A stretch of DNA of 64,000 nt, from NCBI RefSeq assembly GCF_963676685.1, contig NC_092344.1:86118001-86182000 (forward strand). The letters run 5' to 3'. The notes beneath the pieces are model-generated. The model did not search any database, was not told where the DNA came from, and saw nothing but the letters and a program-made list of their open reading frames with translations. The stretch comes from Mytilus edulis. Its lineage: Eukaryota. Below are positions 27,701 to 38,200 of this stretch, in pieces. A program made the translations under genes and the position numbers. The number at the start of each line of letters is the position of its first letter. The first letter of the stretch is position 1.

Positions 27701-29111
27701 ACATAAACATGTAAAAAATAAATATATATTTCAGCTTACTAAAAATATTTTCATAGTGTTACTTTGACATCATTTCTTAAAACTAAGTCCAACACATAAT
27801 TGTTCATTTGATATGTGTCATCCTCATGCGATACGAGAAGTTTTCATGTCGCTAAATAGTCTTCTTGTCGCTTAATTTATTCTTCTTGTCCGTTCTTGAC
27901 GCTTCTTGTCGCTAACATTCTTCTTGTCGTTATTAGTGAGACCGCTATTTTTAGATTACAGGTGGTCATTTACACTACACGTATAACCTGTGTAGTGATT
28001 TTTATTTTACGATAAATTTATGAATGAACGATAATTTTATGAATGAACAAGAGCACCTGGCCTCTTTCTGAAACACCAATTAAACATATAAAATCGTATT
28101 TATTAAGATATAATTCAGTCAAATTTTCACCACTAAATCAACAACTGAAATGATTCCGTATTTTGTTGAAACATCGTACAACCGGAGAACAGAAATCGCA
28201 GGTATGAAAATGCACTTTTTTCACTGGTGTTGAAAACCCAAAACTAATTTGACTATAATTTATGAATGAAGGAAATTTAAGCGATAACAATACATCGGAG
28301 TGACCTCAAGGTCATCATCTGTAAAAACGCTTTAGATGCACCAAATGTATAATGCTTTATATTTCTAATTTTACGACGGTGTATATCGCTGTTAGTCACC
28401 GAAAATCTACCATCAACTCACAAGTCAGTTTTTCCGTACTTACAAGAAGATTTATAACACACACATTGCTTTAATTCTCCGTTAATAGATTTAAAATTAG
28501 AAACTAATAAAAAAAAAAAACTTCGCTTCCAGCTGTTACCTTTAGTAAATGTTGACCGTGGGTTGATTTTGGCAAAGTCTCGTTTGATCTTATAGTTCCT
28601 CGTTAAGTATTTACATCCTTGGCTGATTTTTTTTTTTTTTTTTTTGTGTTTTGTTTTTTTGTATTGTTTGAGTGGGTTTTTTTGGGAGGGGAGAGGGGTT
28701 GAGAGTTGCTTATGCCTGATTAAGGTAAATCCAGAAAAGCGCTTCAGACGCATAAAGGGTCAATCTATGCTTAATACTCCAGTTCTGGTAATATATCTGG
28801 CATCATTATTTTTTTGATAGTTCTATTTGCATTTCATTTTCTTATTCATTTCTAACGGATTTTTTCATTTTATTTCTTTTCTTACCAGATTTGAAGGAAT
28901 CACATTTCCAGTGGTTCGATGTGGTTTGGAAGAGACATATATTCCATATGCCCGTTTTCACTTTGGTTCCACATAAAAACCATTCATTTGTAGATACTGC
29001 TATCACAAACATTAAAGCTGATAGATAAAGAGTTAGAAATGTCTGTATTCTACAGGAAACCTTTTCTATTATTTTTGAAAGGAAAGGACTGCACTTTAAC
29101 GTCCATGGCAT
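21716..29111 (-). CDS. Claudin/PMP22/EMP/MP20-superfamily four-TM protein (200 aa)
   Basis: Exons 29111-28886, 22954-22802 and 21939-21716 are GT-AG with phases 1/1 (603 nt). The first loop carries W...GIWNIC...C (W-GLW-C-C signature); there are four hydrophobic segments, SWSFGLA before TM4, and a C-terminus ending GPV*. Confidence 0.85.
24836..25033. repeat. 33-bp minisatellite, 6 copies
   Basis: (AAGTATTGGTACGGTAGGAACACTGAATTCATG)x6, near-identical units with no spacers. Confidence 0.95.
26064..26104 (-). ncRNA. Hammerhead-like motif (variant stem II)
   Basis: Minus strand reads TCCTGATGA-AGGTAGATCCA-GAAA-AAGCGCTTC. The core CUGAUGA/GAAA is present but stems I and II are imperfect. Confidence 0.4.
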
Positions 29112-29187
29112 CTAAATTAAAATCGAAATTGCAAATTTACAAACAAAAATGATAACAGTTTTATTTCAACATCAGTAAAATGTATAT

Positions 29188-31080
29188 GAGGGGGGGCAAG
29201 GGGGGTCCCAATAACAGCAAAACAGCAAATTGATTTGGCTCATAACAGATAACAAGGAATTAAAATGGACAAAAACAGATAACAGTAAATGAAATATTAA
29301 AATAATTCGGTCTTTGACAAATCAGTATTTGTTATTACGGATATAATCCTTTGTAATGCATTCCATTTTCTATGACTTTGTTTTTAGTATTAATTTATGT
29401 ATCTAGAATGTGTTTAAATTACTACTCAATATATAATAATATTTTTTATACGCTCGTTTACGGAACGTATTATGGTATACTGTTGTCAACATGTCGGACA
29501 TTAACTCAAAAACTCTTTAACCAATTTGCTTTAAACTTTGGGAAATTGTTTATATCTATTGACGTGAGCTCCTTTTTTTTTTTTTTTTTTTTAATTTTAG
29601 ATTTTAAGTTTCTGGGTAATGGGTTTTCATTCAATAAAATTGGTGTTTTTTTTCAGTTTTCTGATAAAATCTCAAAAATGCTTTCACAAATCAAGGAATT
29701 TTGGTGAATTGTTTATATCTATTAACACGAGGTCACTTTCAATTTTTATAAATTTTAGATTTTACGTTTCCGAGTTAACGGGTTTTGTTAATTAAAAAGG
29801 GGGGGATTTTCCAGTTTTCAGACATTAACACAAAAAGTGTTTCCAGCAGTTCTCATGAAACTTTTCTGAAATGTTTATATCTATTGTTGTAAACTCCCTT
29901 TCGATTTTTATTAATTTTAGATTTTATATTATTGAGTTAAGGGATTTTATTCATTAGAAAAAGGTGGTATTTTCAGGCTAGTTTTCAAAAATAACTCAAA
30001 AATGCTTTCAGCAGTTCTCATGAAACGTAGGTGTATTGTTTATATATATTGACTGAAGCTCCCATTGTTCCTGATAAAAAAAAATTACCTAAAAGAGTTT
30101 GAATATTCTGACTTTTTCTAAATGACCATTTAATGAGGTGTGTGAATTTTTCTTAATAAGACTATGAATCAAAGTGGTATATAGGTAGAAAAATGAAAAG
30201 CACCAATTATAAGCATGCAATTTATCAAGTACTTTGAATGAATTTTGACACTCCAAAAGCAATTTATTCCACTATTTTCAAAGGCCTTATTTGAACAATT
30301 TTTTATCAGCTTAGGTTTTTGATTGTACCAAGTGTACTAGTAAGTAGAATACATAGTTTAGTAGGAAAACAATGGCTTGAAACGAAATAAATCTTTGTTT
30401 GTAATGAGTTATATGCAGCTTCGGACCCAAGTACATGGTTGGAACTTTCATTGTACAATGCATTTGGTTCTGCTTTGAAAATAATCACAGAGCTGAGTCT
30501 ATGTACCATGTTATATAAAAGGTTAAGTGGTTGTTAGGACCTAGTCCTTAATTGAGATCCTTGTCAGATATTCCTGGCCATATGTTTTCCTATTTGTCAT
30601 ATTAAGAATTGTTTTAATTTAATATGTTCGTACGGGAAACAAGGAACATTATTCTCATACAAAAAAAAATTAAGATAATTCTAAATACACATTCATAAAA
30701 AAATGGAATTTATTACAAAGGATAATCATAAGATATACTTGAATTGTCCTGGACCTCACTTCTGAGATGGGTATATGTTAATGGAATCCTTCTCTGAATA
30801 CGGGACAAACATATTAGTAGTGGTAGACCCCAATGTCCAATGATCTTCAATTTATACCGAATATTGACTGTAAAAAAAATGCTAACATTCCAATTTTCAA
30901 TAACAGTTAACAGCAAATACATTATCACAATAACAGATAACAAAAAAACTAAAAGCCCAATAACAGCTAACAAAGAATAAGACAATAACAGCTAACAGCA
31001 AATATATTTTCAAAATAACAGATAACAAAGAATTAAATTGCCCCATAACAGCATAACAGTTAAACCCCTTGCCCCCCCTC
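29188..31080. mobile_element. Composite non-autonomous DNA transposon with GAG...CTC termini and 6-bp TSD
   Basis: TIR GAGGGGGGGCAAGGGG...CCCCTTGCCCCCCCTC; GTATAT at 29182-29187 and 31081-31086; ATAACAG subrepeats at both ends; an internal HINE-like segment at ~29446-30060. Confidence 0.8.
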
Positions 31081-32339
31081 GTATATATACATAAACGAGC
31101 AAGCAACCAGACAACACGGTTATGCAACAACAAACAATTTCAGCAGTGAAATTCAAGTTGGGTGCATGCATGTCTACTCAGTCATTAGTTAATACTAAAA
31201 CCTGCGTAAACTTTGAAATTTTAGAATGGTTTTGGAATATTAATTAAGAAGTTACAACAGCTGAAAATGAATTTTGAATAAAAATAGTTGCTTTTGTATT
31301 GTGCTACATTATCTGTTTCCTTTCTTTAATATTGGTGTTGCTTTGTTCATTTTTGATACGTATATACTACAGAGGCAAGTAGACAAGAAATATGAAACAC
31401 AAATTCTAATTGCAATTATCAAAAATATACATATGAACCAATACCTATATGGCGTTTTTTCTTGATTTATCGCAAAATATGCAATCGTTTCTATATTTTT
31501 TTTTTACTAAACACATTGAAAAAAATAGATGTGGAATTCGTATACATTGTATAAAGGACTTGACTATTGATTTGTTCCAGGAAAAAATAATTTCCGTTAA
31601 TTCATATAGGCACTGGTTTAATATTTTCGAGTCATTTTGAGCATTATACTAGCAGATTTGAAACATATTTTAAAAAAAAATACACGAAAAAAATAGAAAG
31701 AAGAAAAAACACAATTTTTCCTACCTTTACAAGGAAAATTCCTAAAATTTTAAATCTAACATTGTTTCCTCCAATAAAAGTTAAACAAGTATATAGCGCA
31801 TGAAAGAAGCGATATATGTCAGATAAATAATTTTCGAATGGTATAAATATTAAAGTTTATGAGAAACAGTTTATGTTGATGTAATTTTCTGGTATAAAAA
31901 TAATTATTTTTCAAACAGAGATGAAATGCTGGGACTCGCCAATTAATTATTTTGTAATTTTATAATCAGATGTTATTGTGATTATAGAGAAGGAAGTCGG
32001 GCGAAATATTATTTAAAAAGATATTAAACGCTCTAATATATATAACAGCAACCCTATTCAAATAATCATCTGACTTTGATAATTAAGTTCATTCAGTAAG
32101 TAAAATGGGGGGGGGGGGGGGGGGGGGGGGGTTTAAAAAATTGATATTATGTGTAAACTTCTGATGAAAAGTCAGATGTCCTGTGTTCTGACGGAATGGA
32201 CAAGGAATCACGTAGTTGCTGCTGTGTAAAACCTGAATATCCTTATATGAAAAAATTTCCCAGCATATGTATATATGAATACACAAGCATCACAGTCATT
32301 CTAATTGTAAATGAGACTTTCGCTTAAAAAAAAAAGTGA

Positions 32340-32990
32340 ATTTAATTGCATTGCATAACATTGGCATTGCATTGCCTTGCAATTGTAATTGTAATAGTAT
32401 TGCATTGCTATTGTAATTGCATTGAATTGAATTGAATTGAATTAATTGAATTACATTGCATTGAATTGAATTGAATTGAATTGAATTGAATTGACTTATA
32501 ATTGCAATCGTAGTTGTATTGCTATTGATGTGATATTGCTATTGTAAATGTATTGCTATTGTAATTGTAATTGTATTTCTATTGTAATTATTATTGTATT
32601 GCTATTGTTATTACATTGCATTGCAATTGTAATTCCTATTGTAATTGCAACGTATTGCATTGTAATTGTATTGCTACTCTTATTGTATTGTAATTGTAAT
32701 GCTATTGTTATTGCATTGTATTGAATTGTAATTGTATTGATATTGCAATTGTATTGATATTGCAATTGTATTAATTTTGCTAGTAATTGTAATTGTATAG
32801 CTATTGTTATTACAATGCATTGCATTGCAATTATAATTGTAATTGTATAGCTATTGTTATTACAATGCATTGCATTGCAATTATAATTGTATTGATATTG
32901 TAATTGCAATGTTTGGCATTGTAACTGTAATTGTATAATTATAGCTATTGTATTTGTAATGCTTTGCATTTTGTCAATATCAGCTTGAAC
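32340..32990. repeat. Degenerate ATTGN / ATTGTA microsatellite tract
   Basis: Runs of (ATTGA)n, ATTGC and ATTGTA; these explain the low-complexity ORF 32556..32993. Confidence 0.9.
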
Positions 32991-33612
32991 CAATAGATGA
33001 ATTAATACCTAATGTCAGAACTTATTTACCTCCGACGTTCTCTTTCGGAACTCCAATTTGAACCATGCGTGAAAGTGAACACTACATTCAATACTAAATG
33101 TAAGAAAATAAAAAGTGCTATTTGGTTAAAAAGAATCACAAATTATTAGTTTTGTCTATCACTTTGAAGATTATAGTAGCAGGATTTTATTCTCTGAAAA
33201 TAATTGCAATAGAGCAGACTAGCTGGGATAAGAGTCCCAGAATCGCTTGACGCAAAATATTCACCGTTTCCGATTTCATTATTATTGTACTACATCCGGT
33301 TTTTACTTTCACTTTCTGTTTCTCGTATCTACACTGGTTTTTGTCAGCTGAGTAGTCACTGTGGTTCGCATTATTTAAACTAACTTCTAAGAGTACAGTC
33401 TAAAGGTTTGGATATTTTACATAATACAAATTTACGTTTCATCTTGTGACTGTATCCAGAAATTACCGTTTTCTCATGTTGTCTTAATTTCGATGTAACA
33501 CTTTTAGTTTCCATTCTGTGTTTGTTTTTTTAGATCTAGATGCATCTTTATTTACAAAATACACCTATTTAATTTTGAATCCATATTGTATCATATAGAC
33601 AAATGGAGTTAA

Positions 33613-33695
33613 ACCGACCTTAAAAACCATCCATGATTCTGTAATGAGGAGTACCGACCTTAAAAACCATCCATGATTTTGTAATGAGGAGTACC
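33613..33695. repeat. 40-bp tandem duplication
   Basis: ACCGACCTTAAAAACCATCCATGATTYTGTAATGAGGAGT x2. Confidence 0.85.
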
Positions 33696-35226
33696 CGATT
33701 CACCTCTATAAATATCAAATAACTGATGTTTTGTTTTATTTCTTCAAATAATTAAAACAATTTGACAATAATCCATGCATATTTTTTTTTTTTTTTTTAA
33801 ATGGATGCCAGAAACATTTTTTAACTGTTTATTTTGAAAAGTTGACCTTTTTGTGGACGTTGCATACATGGCATAGTGGCATATCGTCGTGTCATATGTT
33901 TTCGTATCATCCATATTTCATCGGTTTGGATTGCACACGCATATATCGTTACGGTTTTTCGGTTTTTATATTTAGAACAACAACACCACTACAACTTGAC
34001 AAATTTAAACCATATTCAAAGTCGCTTTTAAAGACGTTAGAACAAATTTAATAAAACTAACATATTTAGCCATTTTTATATAATGTCAAAAATATGCATC
34101 ACTAGAATAGTTGTTGAAAAAAATTCTGAAAGGTTAAAAATAAAGTCCAGACATGTTTTTTGGCTGTTAGACACAGGATCTTCAAGAAATGTGACTGTCA
34201 TGTGTTCTTTCAGCTGTTTTAATTACAAACCAGCGAGTTAAAATTAATAGGGTGCATATATAAAATGGTTGTTCAACCTCCATTCATTCAATATTCTATT
34301 GACAATTTTTTTTAACTATCCTTAATACATAATAAAGATGAAAAAAGTCTTAGCTTTTCACATTTAATCATATATTTTGAAAATTGCATTTTAATTCCTC
34401 AAAATAATGTCTTTAGTAGAAACCTGGTGCCAATCTGAAAAAAAAATCACAATGTTACAATTTCAGCACATGAAACATCAACTAAAACTATTTACAAGTG
34501 AGCTTTAGTACTGAAAAGAATTAAACATTTTTTGGGGGATTGAAGCATTTATAGAAAATACTCATTTCCGGATTTTAAATTCATTTCCTGTCAGTGTACT
34601 GATCCAGTTTCTTCTTCATACGAAAACATATGACGCTGTTTTTTTACATACGATTTTAGCAAAATAATCGGAAACAGTAAAAAATCGTAGTAAGCCTTGA
34701 CAAAATAATTCAAATACCTAAAAACATTCGACAGAACATGCCTTTTAAAGTTTGAAAACAAATGTGAATAAAAAATCAACAGTGAAAACCGTAAGCAGTG
34801 AAAATTGTTGTTAGTACGAAAACACAACACGAGGATACTGTACATTTTATTTTTTAGAGTAAATTGTTAATCTGTTGATACTGTGAATGTTTTGTGCATA
34901 TTTAAATATAGCTATGTCGACACGAAAGAAAGACCTGCATATTGTCAAATGATAAAAATACAAATTGTTATTCTCTAAGAAAACATGTCATGCATGTAAT
35001 ACTTCTGCTTCAATTTTTGCTGATGTCACTGATTTTGGTATAAATTTTCATGCAACATTGTCATTGTTACCGAAAATTATAAAAACAATGCATTATCTCA
35101 TTTATTTTGTGTAAAATGAACAATTGAATTCTGTCAAAATAGGTGATTTTGAAAATATTTTCATATGATAAATTTAAGATATTCTGTATTGAGAGTTTAT
35201 TATGTTTTATAGTAGATGTACTACAG

Positions 35227-38200
35227 ATGAAGATTATTTTTCATAGTATAAGAACATTGTGTAAATATCATAGTTTAACATTTGTACCTTATAAATACCT
35301 GTCAACAATGTCTACCGTTGATGCCAGTAAGCTAAAACAGCCTAATCCTATCATTGGAGTGTGTCAGTTGACCTGCACAGTGGATAAAGACAAAAATTTC
35401 CAGATTTCTAGAAGTTTGATAGAAAGGGCAAAAAGCAAAGGTGCAAAGGTTTGTATTGAGGAGTTGCAATAAATAAAGAGTGATAGACAATATAAGACAA
35501 TAAGACAATATTTTATTCGCACAAACACATTTACATTAAATGGTTATGGCATATAACACCAGTACTCCAAGGTTTGTTTTTAAGGCACAATAATCCTAAA
35601 CTGAAGTGTCAGAACCATGTTTTTAAAATTCATTCTCATCAGTCTTGATTTGACTAAGCACTTTTGAATCTGTCTTAATGTACTCCAAAATAAGGGCATC
35701 ACATGTTACGAGGAATATATATTGAAAAGCTTTCATTTACTACAGTATAGATCAACCATAAAAAAATCATGAATGCTTAAGGAAAGAGGTAGACAATACC
35801 AAAGAGACGTTCAGAAACAATAATTGTTTATAGAAAAAACAGAAAACCATAATCAAAAGAAAAACAGACAAACAAATCTAGAAAGCGCAGAAAGGTTAAT
35901 AATGAGCAACATGAACACACCAAACGTATCAAGTATACATTAAAGGGGATATGAGATGGACATTAATGAGGAAATTACTCAATAATACCAAAAAAATCCA
36001 CAGAATAAAACGTTTCTTTGATTTTTAGATGGTATTTTTACCAGAAGCAGTAGATTACATTGGAGAATCTAAACAACAAAGTATAGACATGGCAGAGGAT
36101 CTAAACGGTATAACTATATCCAAATATCAAGATTTAGCAAAACAGCTTGGAGTATGGATATCAGTTGGAGGATTCCACCAGAAGGTAAAATTAATAACAT
36201 TATATCAGTTGGGGTGTTCCACTAGGAGGGAAACAAGAAGTTTTATTAGCTGGTAACCAAATATGAATCCACCTTTATGATTTATTTTAAATTCAGTATA
36301 TTTTAAAGGTCATTGTTTTTAATTAACGTCATTGTTTTTAATTAAGTTTAACGTCTGAGCTGATACCTAGATAACTGTCATTTAATAGCTCAGCCTCATG
36401 AATCGTGTAAATACATGTATGTAGAGTAGGTGAGCATTCAATGAAAAGTTGGACACTGTGACTAACATTTCATGCTTCATTGGCATAAATAGAGTTGTTG
36501 TATATATATAGTATTTATGTGAATATAAGTAATAGGACTTCTTCTTTGACGAGGGTCATCATTAGGGCAAAGTTTTGACCATTGGTTAAGTTGAAAGTTC
36601 TTATCTCGTGTCTCAGTACTTATTAGACTGAAGATCATTTAAATGTGTGAAGAGATGAATAGGTTATTTTGACCAAATTATATATTTCCTTTTTATATTT
36701 ATTCAATTAAACTTATTGTGAATAACAAGAAAACCCATGTGCTTGTAAATAATTTAAGTTTTAAACTATGTCTATGCCTTATATTTAGTATGTAAAAAAG
36801 GATAACTTAAATTAAGAATAATCACCTCATGAAAGCTGGCATATATATAAGAGAGAAAATTCGACTGAAACACTATAAAATGTCTATGCATCCCTACAGA
36901 GTATAGAAGGGGTTTCAAGAGCATGCACATGAGACAACACTTGAAATCTCAGGACAAATTCCATACATCTGTCACCGCCCACCGGAGTTATAGCCCTTTA
37001 TTAGTTATAAGAAGAGAAAAAGTATTCTTAGTTTTATACATGCATCAATATTTCAGGTTAAAGAAGAGAAAAGATTGCTGAACACACATGTGCTGATAGA
37101 TAACAATGGTGAGATACAATCTACCTACAGTAAAGCTCATTTATTTGACCTTGACATTCCAGAGAAGGTCAGACTATGTGAGAGTGATTATACTGTTCCA
37201 GGAGACACAATGGTATCACCAGTGGAAACTCCTTTTGGCAAAGTTGGACTTTCTATTGTATCTTTTCTTTCTAGAATATCAAGATGACAGGCCAATTTTG
37301 TTTCAGTTTCTGAACATCTTACAAATGATTATGCCATTTTTAAATGATATAGAAAACCAAAACTATATAATATATTGTTAGATTTAGTGCAACTTTCTAG
37401 TAGTTCTATTAATCATGGACATATATCTCTTGATTACTAGTCTTTGTCTTAATATTTACTCTCTAAGTTTGTAAATTTAGATAGAACTGTTTAATATGCT
37501 CCTTAATACAGGCTATATCACTCTCTTTGAAGAATATTTGCAAATGTAGACATTTTATATATGAAACTAGTACAGTCATCCTGCAATTTCTGTCAATATA
37601 AGGACTATATAACAATGACAATTAAGACAACAGACAATTAAATGAATCTAAGTTTTGTAGGAAACATTGACATGGATTTTTTCCTTAATTTAGTTAGTGT
37701 TATGATTTAAGATTTCCAGAAATGTCTACTGCCTTAGCTAAGGAAGGAGCGGATATACTGACATATCCTTCAGCATTCACAGTACCAACAGGGATGGCTC
37801 ACTGGGAAGTAGGTAATAAATAAGTACCCCTTAGCATGCACAATCCCTACAGGGATGGCTCACTGGGAAGTAGGTAATAAAGAAGTACCCCTTAGCATGC
37901 ACAATCCCTACAGGGATGGCTCACTGGGAAGTAGGTAATAAAGAAGTACCCATTAGCATGCACAATCCCTACAGGGATGGCTCACTGGGAAGTAGGTAAT
38001 AAAAACATATCCCTCTTGTTTCACAGTCCTAACATAGATATTTTTCTAGGAAAAGCTAGGAAGTAGCCTACTCATTGAGGTCTAAGGGTGACAAGGGATT
38101 GCTGATTTTTTGTTAGCGTTACACGTGAAAGTCAAATTATTGTGCCGTGAACCGGGAAATGAAGTCTAGTGGGAAACAGGAAATTACAAAAAAATGAGAA

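Noticed and set aside
32556-32993. 145-aa Q/I/N-rich ORF
   Set aside because: Translation of an ATTGN microsatellite tract.
33223-33240. CTGGGA...TCCCAG mini-hairpin like the footprint family
   Set aside because: No 7-bp flanking duplication, so it was not counted.
37499-37511. Second U12-like branch sequence TCCTTAAT followed by ACAG
   Set aside because: The AG is too close to the branch A, and the downstream frame hits a stop within a few codons.
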